This document shows positions 15,920 to 26,163 of a stretch of DNA of 64,000 bases, one piece after another. Positions within the stretch are counted from its first letter, which is position 1. Every line of letters begins with the position of its first letter. This DNA comes from a bacterium (GTDB lineage Bacteria; Zhuqueibacterota; Zhuqueibacteria; Residuimicrobiales; Krinioviventaceae). The notes beneath the pieces were generated by a model that ran no database searches, was not told where the DNA came from, and worked only from the letters and a program-made list of their open reading frames with translations. The translations under genes were made by a program, and so were the position numbers. The stretch lies in contig OY843751.1 of the NCBI GenBank assembly GCA_963693055.1, forward strand, positions 512,001 to 576,000, written 5' to 3'.

Positions 15920-18163
15920 TTATAACCTCCACGCATAACCTATCTTGCAAAAAAATACCCGGTCTGTTTCATAAAGCGGGTCCATATTGTTGCCAGTGTA
16001 ATTATCTGTATACCCGAGATACAATGCGGTTTGTGGATTGATTTTGTATGAAAACAGCAGTTGAGTAAAAAAATATTTATCAATTGATTTTACGTCATCA
16101 TCAATATAAAGAGATGAATTCCTTTTATAATAATAGTATTGTAATATTGATCGGATGAACATGCGTTTACTGAATTGATAAACGAGTTTTATATTGCTGA
16201 TATGTGCACTATATAAACGCCCCGGTTGAACATCCAGATATTCGTATTTCTGCTCCCATTCTAAAGAAAAATGGTTTCCCGGTTTAAATGTTGTTTCTGC
16301 TATTAACAGCATGCGAGTGCCAGGACGCTCATTGCTATAATCGATCTGATCTCCATATTTACATTGCAGTTCAAAAATAAACAGCGATGTGGGGCGCATC
16401 AAAGTCCAAAAATTGATCAAATTCATGGGGTATTGTTTGCCTTTGTAATAGTCATTTGCCGATTCTCCATAAATGGTTATCTCGGTTTGATATGGGCCTT
16501 TGTATATAATTCTGCTTGTCCATGCGCTGTGCAAAGGCATGTACATCCAATCCCTTTTAATATCATGACTTGCATACCAGTTCAATACCGTGAACCAGCT
16601 TCCAGGTTCTCGCTGCCATTTTAGCATTCCCCCCAATTCCTGATATCGGATGCCGGCCTGGGTAATGAATCCCAAATCGGCCCTGTACCCCGGAGCAAAC
16701 TGCCGATACAATCCATACAACATGTAATTACGGGTTTCATGATAATGGCTTACAGATAATGCCGAGCCGTTTATTTTTCCCGGATTTTGTTCAAATGCCG
16801 CAGAAATAGAATCCGGGTATTGGGTGGTTGAGTTTAACACCTGAAAACGAAACTGATCTTGTGGTGTAAAACGCAATAAACCATCTATGCCACCCAACCG
16901 ATTATGATAGTTGTCACCTTCTCTGTCTGTAAGAATGATTCCAACATTTGATGTATTATAATCATATTTGTAACGCAGGGCGGTGTTGGTATTTTCTTTA
17001 AAAATAGTACCGCTTTGGGATGATTGTTCCCCAGGAATGATTAAATTTGTAATTTTGTCTCGCAAGCTGAAAAATCCCACAGTATGGGGCCCTTCTTTGC
17101 CCGTAAGCTTTATGCCGAAATCCGGATCGGCAATTGATCGGGTGTAAACAGCGCTGGTATAGGTTTTGAAATAGTCTCCACTCTCTAAAAAGAAAGGGCG
17201 CTTTTCAGCATAGTTTATGGCGTATTGACGGTTAATATCAAGATGTTTATTATCCGCTTCTACCTGTGAAAAGTCAGGATTCAGTGCGCCGTTTAATGCA
17301 ATATTCGGAGTCAAACCCAGGCGGGCTGAAACTCCTGCATCAATATCCTGCTGATCTGTGATCATGTGCGAACCATATCCATCCTGCCTTGTTGAACTGT
17401 GAATAGAAGATAAAGTGGGAGCAATCTCAAAGTCGCGACCGGGTTTAACGTTTTGAAACCCTTTTAATTTTAATGCCTGGCATAAATAGCAATTGTTGCT
17501 TCGGTCTCTGGGAAATGAGCCAAAATAATGTCTCACGTTACGGGGATAGTTACGTACAATATCGAATCCCCATACTTGTTCTTCTGATGTTTGCTGAAAT
17601 CCCAACGAGCTAAAAGGGATTGCCATTTCTACGATATAGCCGTCAGATGTTATTCGTCCATGAGAATCCCAAATCCCTTCCCATGAAATGGTATTCCCGG
17701 TTGCATCTTTGATCAAATCTCCCTGTATACCAAAGGGATTGCAGTAAAAATTAGTACTGCGCTGGTTATCATTAAATGTATCAAACAAAACCATCACCCA
17801 GTCGTCGCTGAAAATTTTATCCCGGTCACAGAAATGGGCCCGGATATCTTGTGGAGAAGGATCTTGACAGATAAATCCTACATATACATAATCCTTGTCA
17901 TACATGAGTAATGCTTGGGTTTGTACAGGTGCCGAAATATTTTCTCCCGGCTGAACTTCAATATTAGCGTTGACTAAAAGTGCGTCTTCCCATTGAGGTT
18001 CATCCAGTTTTGCGTCAATATGAATTCCTGATTTGACCTGGGGGATATGTAACGGATTTTCTAAATTTTCATTTGAAGATGCGTTGACTGTTTTAGATTG
18101 CATTATTATCAATATAATGAAAAGCTTGAAATATATGTTCATATGCATAGTGTAATACTCCAT
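15920..18163 (-). CDS. CBM9-like sugar-binding domain plus DUF5916 outer-membrane protein
   Basis: IDAKLDEPQW; LNPDFSQVEAD; EKRPFFLE; C-terminal KIGYAWRL. Confidence 0.85.
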   Translation of the reverse strand: MEYYTMHMNIYFKLFIILIIMQSKTVNASSNENLENPLHIPQVKSGIHIDAKLDEPQWEDALLVNANIEVQPGENISAPVQTQALLMYDKDYVYVGFICQDPSPQDIRAHFCDRDKIFSDDWVMVLFDTFNDNQRSTNFYCNPFGIQGDLIKDATGNTISWEGIWDSHGRITSDGYIVEMAIPFSSLGFQQTSEEQVWGFDIVRNYPRNVRHYFGSFPRDRSNNCYLCQALKLKGFQNVKPGRDFEIAPTLSSIHSSTRQDGYGSHMITDQQDIDAGVSARLGLTPNIALNGALNPDFSQVEADNKHLDINRQYAINYAEKRPFFLESGDYFKTYTSAVYTRSIADPDFGIKLTGKEGPHTVGFFSLRDKITNLIIPGEQSSQSGTIFKENTNTALRYKYDYNTSNVGIILTDREGDNYHNRLGGIDGLLRFTPQDQFRFQVLNSTTQYPDSISAAFEQNPGKINGSALSVSHYHETRNYMLYGLYRQFAPGYRADLGFITQAGIRYQELGGMLKWQREPGSWFTVLNWYASHDIKRDWMYMPLHSAWTSRIIYKGPYQTEITIYGESANDYYKGKQYPMNLINFWTLMRPTSLFIFELQCKYGDQIDYSNERPGTRMLLIAETTFKPGNHFSLEWEQKYEYLDVQPGRLYSAHISNIKLVYQFSKRMFIRSILQYYYYKRNSSLYIDDDVKSIDKYFFTQLLFSYKINPQTALYLGYTDNYTGNNMDPLYETDRVFFCKIGYAWRL

Positions 18164-18377
18164 TTTTCATCTGACAACTAACGAGTATTGTCAATTGGGT
18201 TAGGATATACGTCTCTCATGATGTGATTGGGTATAGAGCCACACCTGGTATTTAGTTAAGATATTTTAAAGCCTGTTATTAACCGGGGATGATTTAAATC
18301 TTGTCTGGACGTACCTCTCTTGTAAACCCATTCGGATACTGGGAAAGGTTTCTATACGATTTTATTGGTTTTTGTTT

Positions 18378-18410
18378 AAAAAGGGCCGGTGTTCAAGAAT
18401 CCGACCCTTT
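18378..18410 (-). terminator. Intrinsic terminator after the M56/M23 gene
   Basis: Minus strand AAAGGGTCGG...CCGGCCCTTTTT. Confidence 0.7.
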
Positions 18411-18429
18411 GTTTGGAGTCTGAAGGAAA

Positions 18430-19953
18430 TTAATTGTCAAGGTTGCTAAAATTAACATACTCTGCAGGATTAACGTTTTCATTATTTATCAGGATTTCAA
18501 AATGAAGGTGAGGGCCGGTAGATTTACCTGTAGTACCTACACTGCCTATTTTTTCACCTGTTTTGACTGTTTGTCCCAAAGTTACATTGACATCCTGCAT
18601 GTGAGAATACAGGGTCTGTACGTTGTTTTCATGCTGAATAACTACATACCGTCCCCGACCGTTGTTTATGGTATATTGGGTAACGACTGTGATAACTGTA
18701 CCATCTGCCGAAGCCAATATACTTGTCTCTTTGGGTGATTTTATATCGATCCCTGAATGGAACCTTTTCTTTTGTGTAAAAGGATCTATCTGATCTCCAT
18801 AGTCTGCACTGATTCTGCCGGTTTCAAGCGGCAAAACAAACTCTGTTTGAGATGCAGATATTGATGATGGTTCTGCTTTCGATACTGATTCAGGCATTGG
18901 CGTTTCTGCCGACACCTGGGGCAGGTATACTGCCATAGGCAGGACTAGCAGTCCCAGCAGCAGTACACCCACCCTGATGATGGTGTTGTTCGTTTTCATA
19001 AGCCTCCCTCTGCTTATTTGTTGTAAACGATTTTTTATGAATTGTGAATTACGTCCAAATTCTGGTAATAAAGCAATACGGTTAGAAGCAGCAACATTAA
19101 ATTTTAATACCTGAATTAAACCCATTCCATATTGTTTTCTCGATAAAGCAGAATTCTTTAATACCATTTGGTCACACAAAATTTCACGCGATTGATTGAG
19201 TCTCAGGTTTGTATACCAAACCAATGGATTGAAAAAATAGATGACCTGAATTAGGTATTGGAGTTTTAACCAGATATCGTCATAGCGTTTAATATGTGCG
19301 CATTCATGGGCAATAACGGGTTCTATGGTTGTGAATTCTGATGATGCCAATGCATGAGGTAGGCAAATTACAGGATTAATGATGCCAATTGTAAAGGGAA
19401 TATGATATCCCCTGGTCTCTACCAGTCTGATGTTACGTTTAATATTAAAATGACGTTTCCATAATTCTATTGTTTGTAATAACTGTTTGTCATTCAATGG
19501 AGTAGAGCGTTTAATTAACAGACGATAATGTTCCAGTCTGGCTAGTAAAACCACAAGAAACAGGAATATACCAATTAGCCATATTGCAACGAGTGTGTTT
19601 TGTATTGTAATAATATTGTTTTCAAGATTAGGTACCTGTAAAATGGCATTATCAGCTTCAGCAACAAAGGTATTGTCTGAAATGAGCAGATTGTTTTCAG
19701 CATTTACTTGTTTAGGTATTACTTGATATATGGCTGAAACCAAATTCCTTGCACTCCAGGGGGCTGAAATATCTGTGGGAAGAACCAGCCGTATCAGAAC
19801 CAGCGTCCATAATGCATAGTGCAGGTAAGGTGATTTTTTTCTAAAAATGAAGGATAAAAAAAGAACCAACAGGAATATCAGGGTTGAAAACAATACCTGT
19901 TCTTTAAGATACTCAAAAAGCTGGTGAGAGATTGTGAACAACAGGGTTTGCAT
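18430..19953 (-). CDS. BlaR1-type M56 metallopeptidase fused to a C-terminal M23 peptidase
   Basis: LWTLVLIRLVLP; HECAH (HExxH); FFNPLVW; REILCD; M23 motifs HSGID and STGPHLHFEI. Confidence 0.92.
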   Translation of the reverse strand: MQTLLFTISHQLFEYLKEQVLFSTLIFLLVLFLSFIFRKKSPYLHYALWTLVLIRLVLPTDISAPWSARNLVSAIYQVIPKQVNAENNLLISDNTFVAEADNAILQVPNLENNIITIQNTLVAIWLIGIFLFLVVLLARLEHYRLLIKRSTPLNDKQLLQTIELWKRHFNIKRNIRLVETRGYHIPFTIGIINPVICLPHALASSEFTTIEPVIAHECAHIKRYDDIWLKLQYLIQVIYFFNPLVWYTNLRLNQSREILCDQMVLKNSALSRKQYGMGLIQVLKFNVAASNRIALLPEFGRNSQFIKNRLQQISRGRLMKTNNTIIRVGVLLLGLLVLPMAVYLPQVSAETPMPESVSKAEPSSISASQTEFVLPLETGRISADYGDQIDPFTQKKRFHSGIDIKSPKETSILASADGTVITVVTQYTINNGRGRYVVIQHENNVQTLYSHMQDVNVTLGQTVKTGEKIGSVGTTGKSTGPHLHFEILINNENVNPAEYVNFSNLDN

Positions 19954-20345
19954 TAGGATTCCTCCTCGTCCATATTTTCCAGATAAGATTCAAGCTCTTG
20001 AATCTCTTCCGGGCTGAGAGTGTTTGAATCCGCAAACATGGATACAACCTGAGAAGTTTCTGTCTCAAGCACGCGGTCTGCAAAAAAACGGACAAAATGT
20101 GCTAGCCCTGCAGGTCGTGAGATGAGAGGGGTATAAAGAAAAATACCATGAAAATCTTCGCGCTTTAACAGACCTTTATTTACCATGCGGTCCATCATGG
20201 TTTTGGTAGTTGTATACGCCCATCCATAGGTGACTTGAAGTTGATCATGTGTTTCTCGAACGGTTTGTTTTCCGGTTTTCCAGAGGGTCCTTAAAATATC
20301 ATATTCGGCTCTGGAGAGATTTGGCAATGATTTGTCTAGTGTCAT
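19953..20345 (-). CDS. BlaI/MecI/CopY family transcriptional repressor
   Basis: LSRAEYDILRTLW; WAYTTTKTMMDRMVNKG; translationally coupled to the M56 gene. Confidence 0.92.
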   Translation of the reverse strand: MTLDKSLPNLSRAEYDILRTLWKTGKQTVRETHDQLQVTYGWAYTTTKTMMDRMVNKGLLKREDFHGIFLYTPLISRPAGLAHFVRFFADRVLETETSQVVSMFADSNTLSPEEIQELESYLENMDEEES

Positions 20346-20544
20346 TATTAAGCTCTGTTTGTTTTTAATATCTCTGCTAATTTGTAGTAGCACTATTAAT
20401 TTATAAAATTATTAGAAATTGTCAAGTATTTATTTTAAAATCTTTTCTTTTTTATTTGGTTTTTACAATATTTTTTGAATGTTTATTGAATTTTACTTAC
20501 ATTGTATTAAGCTTTTTACTAAATCTAAAACGGGAGCATGGGTA

Positions 20545-21759
20545 ATGAAAATTAGAGAAATAGTTGGTGCAATAGGACCGGCATTTATTATGGCCTCTGT
20601 TGTATTGGGACCCGGGAGCATTACAACATCATCTAAAATTGGTGCTGATTATGGTTACCAGCTGCTGTGGATTATTGTTCTCGCAGCTATTGCTATGGGC
20701 GCATATATTATGATGGCAGCAAGATTTGGGGTATCGCATGAAAAAAGTATACTGAACACAATTGCTGATTCTTATGGACGCTGGTTTGCGGGATTAATTG
20801 GTATTTCCTGTTTTTTAATGGCTTCCAGTTTTCAATTTGGCAATAATCTGGGTGTAGCAACTGCTATGCAAACCATTACAGGTATACCCGAGCCGGTTTG
20901 GCCTGTTATGTTTACATCAATGGCAATTATTCTGGTGTTTTATGCTAAAAATTTGTACAAAGTTTTAGAAAAGCTTATGATGGTGTTGGTTATGACCATG
21001 ATTATAGCGTTTTTTATAAATCTTGTTTTTACCAGACCCAATTTAGCAGCAACAGCAAAGGGCTTTATCCCTTCAATTCCTAATCATGCTTATAACGAAG
21101 TTGCAGCATTGGTTGCAACAACTTTTTGTCTGCATATTGCTATTTATCAATCCTATCTTGTTCAGAACAAGGGCTGGAAAATTGATGATTTAAAAAGCAG
21201 CATGCGAGATAATATTGCCGGAATTATCATGCTTGGTGGTATCAGTATGCTGATTATTATGACATCTGCTGCCGCACTGAATCCGCGTGGCATTCATATA
21301 GCAACGGCTGCTGATATGGCAATTCAGCTTGAGGCTCTTTTCGGTCCTTTTGCAAAGATTATATTCAGTATAGGATTATGGGCTGCTGCGTTTTCTTCAT
21401 TGACCGTTAATGCTGTTGTTGGTGGCGGATTAATGGCCGATGGTTTGGGACTAGGACGTACCATGGAAGAGAAATGGCCCAAGATCTTTACTGTATTTGG
21501 AATGCTTGTGGGAATGATGATTGCCGTATTTTTCAAAGGTAATATTGTCCATGCATTGGTTCTCGCGCAAGCCTCTTCGTTATTTGCTGTACCTGCTGTT
21601 GCAATTGGTTTGTTTATGATTTTGAATAATAAAAAAGTTATGGGCAAGCTTGTAAATACCTGGCAGCAAAATATTGTTGCGGTTTTTGGATTATTTTTGA
21701 TCATGATCATGGTTTGGCGGATGTATGAAAGATTGGTAGGTTTTTTAGGACAGCTCTAG
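20545..21759 (+). CDS. NRAMP-family divalent metal cation transporter
   Basis: IGPAFIMASVVLGPGSITT; GADYGYQLLW; about 11 TM segments; SD GGGAG before ATG 20545. Confidence 0.85.
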   Translation: MKIREIVGAIGPAFIMASVVLGPGSITTSSKIGADYGYQLLWIIVLAAIAMGAYIMMAARFGVSHEKSILNTIADSYGRWFAGLIGISCFLMASSFQFGNNLGVATAMQTITGIPEPVWPVMFTSMAIILVFYAKNLYKVLEKLMMVLVMTMIIAFFINLVFTRPNLAATAKGFIPSIPNHAYNEVAALVATTFCLHIAIYQSYLVQNKGWKIDDLKSSMRDNIAGIIMLGGISMLIIMTSAAALNPRGIHIATAADMAIQLEALFGPFAKIIFSIGLWAAAFSSLTVNAVVGGGLMADGLGLGRTMEEKWPKIFTVFGMLVGMMIAVFFKGNIVHALVLAQASSLFAVPAVAIGLFMILNNKKVMGKLVNTWQQNIVAVFGLFLIMIMVWRMYERLVGFLGQL

Positions 21760-21778
21760 TTGTTTAATTTTTTTAATA

Positions 21779-21816
21779 AAAAAGCCCTGTATCAGGTTAT
21801 ATGATGCAGGGCTTTT
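21779..21816 (+). terminator. Intrinsic terminator
   Basis: AAAAGCCCTGTATCA / TGATGCAGGGCTTTT. Confidence 0.75.
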
Positions 21817-21903
21817 CTCGTTTTGGGGTCCTTTGTTTGCTCAATTAATTAGAAAATGGTATATAAATTGCTATATATCTTTTGAGGTAAAGAGAGGTAT
21901 GTT

Positions 21904-23016
21904 ATGTATTTAAAATTTTTTGAAGAACCTTCAAAAAATACATTGCTCCAAACCTTGAAAGAAGTAGAGGAAACAACTGTTTATAAATCGGTTATGATTC
22001 TCGCAACGGCTAATCTGGAAATGACATCGGATGATTTTTTAAATGTATTAAACTCTCTGCATATCAAGGTGTTTGGAGGATTGTTTCCACAAGTTGTATT
22101 TGAAGACAAGTCCTTTGAAACCGGCTTGATTGTCGTTGCTATGGAACAAGATGTAGAGTTGATCAAGCTTGAAAATATAAGTGATCCTGATTTTAACCTT
22201 GAAGATTTTATTGATCCAGAGCTATCTATTGATTTTAATACAATATTTGTTTTTATAGACGGACTTGCCAAGGGGATAAGCAATGTTATTAATGAACTTT
22301 TTAACGAGTTTGGACTGGATGTAAATTATATCGGGGGTGGTTCAGGAAGCATGTCTATGCAGCAGGAACCCTGTTTATTTACTAATGATTCTTTTTTCGA
22401 CGATGGGGCTATATTGGCGTTGATGACAACTCAAAGTGGTATAGGGGTAAGTCATGGATGGAAAGATTTAACAGGGCCATTTAAAATTACAGATTCTTTT
22501 CAAAATGTGATCAAAGCAATTAACGGTGAACCCGCTTTTGAACTATATAAACGAGTTATTGCACAATATACTGATTTAGAGATCACAGAAGAAGCTTTTT
22601 ATGATATTGCCAAGTCCTATCCTTTTGGTATTACCATGTTGGATGATCACAGAATTGTAAGAGATCCTATAAAGGTTGTGGATGGGAAATATTTGGAATG
22701 CGTAGGTAATGTGCCCAATGGTTCCTTTGTTTATATTCTATCTGGTAACCGGGATGACTTGCTAGCCGCGGCAAAAGAAGCTTTGAAAAAGGGAGAAATG
22801 AATTATAACGGAAGCGATCAAAAAAGCTATATCTTTATTGATTGTATCTCCCGTGCACTTTATTTAAAAGAATCCTTTCTCTATGAAGTTACTACGGTTT
22901 ATCATCCTGAATATCAAATGTTTGGGGCGTTGACCCTCGGTGAGATCAGTAATACAGGTAAAGAATATCTTGAATACTATAACAAAACTATTGTTGTTGG
23001 AGTAATTGAATCTTGA
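21904..23016 (+). CDS. FIST N/C domain sensory protein (NosP-like)
   Basis: FGGLFP; IGGGSG; GVSHGW; DCISR; GALTLGEI motifs. Confidence 0.88.
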   Translation: MYLKFFEEPSKNTLLQTLKEVEETTVYKSVMILATANLEMTSDDFLNVLNSLHIKVFGGLFPQVVFEDKSFETGLIVVAMEQDVELIKLENISDPDFNLEDFIDPELSIDFNTIFVFIDGLAKGISNVINELFNEFGLDVNYIGGGSGSMSMQQEPCLFTNDSFFDDGAILALMTTQSGIGVSHGWKDLTGPFKITDSFQNVIKAINGEPAFELYKRVIAQYTDLEITEEAFYDIAKSYPFGITMLDDHRIVRDPIKVVDGKYLECVGNVPNGSFVYILSGNRDDLLAAAKEALKKGEMNYNGSDQKSYIFIDCISRALYLKESFLYEVTTVYHPEYQMFGALTLGEISNTGKEYLEYYNKTIVVGVIES

Positions 23017-26000
23017 ATGATGATTTAACACAATGCATGCAAAACTGTTATGAAGTTGCTTTATCCATTGGAACAAGTCTTGATTTAGATAAAATGCTTA
23101 AAAATGCATTGTTGAAATATACCAAAAAATTGAATTGTTTTGCCGGGCTTGTTCTTGAAGCTGTAGATACTAACAGTTATAATGTTATATTCTCAATTCC
23201 CAATCGGAATAAGACATCTTTGATAGAGATGGCAGACTTGATTCGTGCTAACGATGGAGATATTTATTCATTATCTGGAAAAATGAAACAATACCCACAT
23301 TTGAAAAATATTGATAAAGATTTTATTCAGTATATGAAACTGGAAGATTTTGGGCTGTTAATTCTATTTAAATATGGCTCTCCATTTAATCAGTTTATAT
23401 TTGATTCTCTGTCACCTTTGAATGAAAAGCTTGCTTATGCATGTATTGCTGCCAGAAAAAATGAAGATTTAAAAAAAGCAAATGAAGCATTGATAAAAAA
23501 AACGATTCACTTGAATGAATCTCAGAGCCAACTTCTTGATATGGTGGAGGTCAATGAAAAAACCAGAGAAGCTCTGATCAAAAGTGAACGAAAATATCGT
23601 TCAATATTTGAAAATATACAGGATATTTTTTATAGAACCGATAAAGATGGTATTATTACTGAAATTAGTCCTTCTATTTATAGATACTCTGGTTTCCCGA
23701 GAGATGAGGTTTTGGGGCAGCCTGTTGAATTTTTCTACAAAAACAAAACAGACAGAAGAAAATTAGATAAAGCTTTACGTGCAGATGGTGAAGTTACCGA
23801 TTTTGAAGTAAGGTTGAGACATAAAGATGGTAAAGTAATTTATACATCTGTAAATGCTCACGTGTTGTTTGATTTGCACCGACGTCCTATTGGTATTGAA
23901 GGCTCGCTACGGGATGTAACCAATCGAAAATTGGTTGAAATGGAGCTTACTCAGAGCAAAGAACAATTTCAAACCATAGTAAATTCATTGCCACAGGGAA
24001 TCATTACTATTGATGCGGAAACAAAAAAAATTGTTAGCTGTAATCCCAAAGCTTACGAATTATTGAAAACAACAAAAGAAAGAATGCTGGGCTCTTACTG
24101 TTACAACTTTTTTTGTCCTACACCCAAGAACTGTTGCCCGATTGATAGAAATGTTAATGTTGTAAATGATGAAAAATTTATTACTGCTGCAGATGGTGAA
24201 AAAATACCGGTTATGAAAACCGTTGTTACATTTCATGATAAAAATAAAAAATATTTTCTGGAAAGTTTCATAGATATACGTGACAAAGTCAAGGCGGATG
24301 AAGCATTAAAAACATCGGAAAGCAAGTACAGGAGCCTTGTTGAAAATATTCGTGATTTAATATTTACCATAAGCCCTGATGGAATTATTACCTATGTAAG
24401 CGACAGTATGGAAGAAATTTTGGGTTATTCTCCCGACTATTTTTTAGGAAGAAAATTGTTAGATATAATTCCTGAAGCTGAGCAAAGAAGAGCCCGGGTG
24501 TTATTGAAAAAAGGCTTTAGTGGAAATAAAGTAACACAATACCAGATTAAGACCCGTCATAAATCAGGTGAATTGGTGTGGTTAGAAGTATCTTTTTCAC
24601 GAATTTGGAACAATGAGCAGGTTGAAGGGGCCTTGGCTATTGCCAGAGATATTACTGAAAGAAAGCAGTTTGAAAATGAGCTGGTTAAAGCCAAAGAAGC
24701 CGCAGAAGAAGCTAACAAATCCAAAAGTCGTTTTTTGGCAAATATTAGTCATGAAATTAGAACTCCCATGAATTCAATTATTGGCTTTTCTGATCTTTTG
24801 GGTGACCTTTTAAACGACAAAACACAGTTGGAGTACCTTGGTGCAGTTAAATCCAGCAGTCATGCTCTTTTGGCCTTATTGAATGATATTTTGGACTTGT
24901 CTAAAATTGAGGCCGGCAAAATGGAGCTGAAATATAAATTTGTCGATATTTATGAATTTATAAATGATATCAATCAACAGTATATTTATGCGGCACAAAA
25001 AAAGAATATAAAATTTGAAGTAGAGATAGACCCGGAACTTCCTCATATGTTATCGATTGGTGAGGTACGGTTAAGGCAAATTTTGATTAATTTGATTGGT
25101 AATGCTATTAAATTTACTCATAAAGGCAGGGTGGTTGTTTCTCTAGGCTTTGATAATAAAAATAAAAAGAGTCAGACCGTTGATCTTGTCCTCAAAGTAA
25201 TTGATACAGGAATTGGAGTACCTGAAGATCAGTTTGAGAAAATTTTCCAATCATTTGTTCAAAAGAGTGGCCAGGATAACCGAAAATACGGAGGTACCGG
25301 TTTAGGCCTTGCTATTACAAAACGTTTAACTGAAATGATGAATGGTGAAATAAATATTGAAAGCAAGTTGAATGTAGGAAGCAGCTTTACTGTACATTTG
25401 AATAAAGTTGAATACAAAAAAACAGATACAAAACCCAAAACCCATATTGATAATTATACGGATGTTGAATTTTTAGGTCAATCCATATTGATTGTTGAAG
25501 ATAACAGCATGAACCAGCGACTGTTGAATAGATATTTTCAGGATTATAATTTAAATATCCGGCAAGCGATGAATGGTGTCAAGGCAATGAAAATTCTAAA
25601 AACTTGTACACCAACACTGGTGCTCATGGATTTGCAAATGCCGGCAATGGATGGATATGAGACGATACAGGAAATGAAAAAAATTAAAAGGCTTAAAGAT
25701 ATACCCGTTATTGCTTTATCTGCTACGATGGTTTCAGATTCTAATCGTGAATTCATTGATAAGCATTTTAACGAGTTTCTCAGAAAGCCTGTTATTAAAA
25801 AGGATTTGATTCATACAATCAGCAAGTATCTGAATCATATCAAAGTTGATGAAAAAAGCACCAGGGCAGAGCTGACGCAAGATAAATCGAATGTAATATT
25901 TGATCTGTCTGAAACCAAAAATGAATATTTTGATGCCCAATTTATTGAGCATTGGAATGGCATTAAAGAAACTATGGTCATTCAGGAGATAATTGATTTT

Positions 26001-26153
26001 GCTGATAAAGTTGAAATTATATCAAAGGCCCAGAATGATATAGAGTTGCAAAAATGGAGTGAAATGACCCGAAACGCGGCTAATAATTATCTTGTTGAAG
26101 ATCTTGAAGCGTTGATAACAATTTTTGATGATTTTATAAGTGAAACCAACTAG
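23013..26153 (+). CDS. Hybrid multi-PAS sensor histidine kinase with receiver domain
   Basis: Three PAS repeats; FLANISHEIRTPMN H-box; GGTGLGLAI; LMDLQMP; start overlaps the FIST stop. Confidence 0.95.
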   Translation: MNDDLTQCMQNCYEVALSIGTSLDLDKMLKNALLKYTKKLNCFAGLVLEAVDTNSYNVIFSIPNRNKTSLIEMADLIRANDGDIYSLSGKMKQYPHLKNIDKDFIQYMKLEDFGLLILFKYGSPFNQFIFDSLSPLNEKLAYACIAARKNEDLKKANEALIKKTIHLNESQSQLLDMVEVNEKTREALIKSERKYRSIFENIQDIFYRTDKDGIITEISPSIYRYSGFPRDEVLGQPVEFFYKNKTDRRKLDKALRADGEVTDFEVRLRHKDGKVIYTSVNAHVLFDLHRRPIGIEGSLRDVTNRKLVEMELTQSKEQFQTIVNSLPQGIITIDAETKKIVSCNPKAYELLKTTKERMLGSYCYNFFCPTPKNCCPIDRNVNVVNDEKFITAADGEKIPVMKTVVTFHDKNKKYFLESFIDIRDKVKADEALKTSESKYRSLVENIRDLIFTISPDGIITYVSDSMEEILGYSPDYFLGRKLLDIIPEAEQRRARVLLKKGFSGNKVTQYQIKTRHKSGELVWLEVSFSRIWNNEQVEGALAIARDITERKQFENELVKAKEAAEEANKSKSRFLANISHEIRTPMNSIIGFSDLLGDLLNDKTQLEYLGAVKSSSHALLALLNDILDLSKIEAGKMELKYKFVDIYEFINDINQQYIYAAQKKNIKFEVEIDPELPHMLSIGEVRLRQILINLIGNAIKFTHKGRVVVSLGFDNKNKKSQTVDLVLKVIDTGIGVPEDQFEKIFQSFVQKSGQDNRKYGGTGLGLAITKRLTEMMNGEINIESKLNVGSSFTVHLNKVEYKKTDTKPKTHIDNYTDVEFLGQSILIVEDNSMNQRLLNRYFQDYNLNIRQAMNGVKAMKILKTCTPTLVLMDLQMPAMDGYETIQEMKKIKRLKDIPVIALSATMVSDSNREFIDKHFNEFLRKPVIKKDLIHTISKYLNHIKVDEKSTRAELTQDKSNVIFDLSETKNEYFDAQFIEHWNGIKETMVIQEIIDFADKVEIISKAQNDIELQKWSEMTRNAANNYLVEDLEALITIFDDFISETN

Positions 26154-26163
26154 AGGTTTAATT

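Noticed and set aside
18164-18377. Riboswitch upstream of the DUF5916 gene
   Set aside because: Only short hairpins and a repeated ACCCAAT; no aptamer consensus I recognise.
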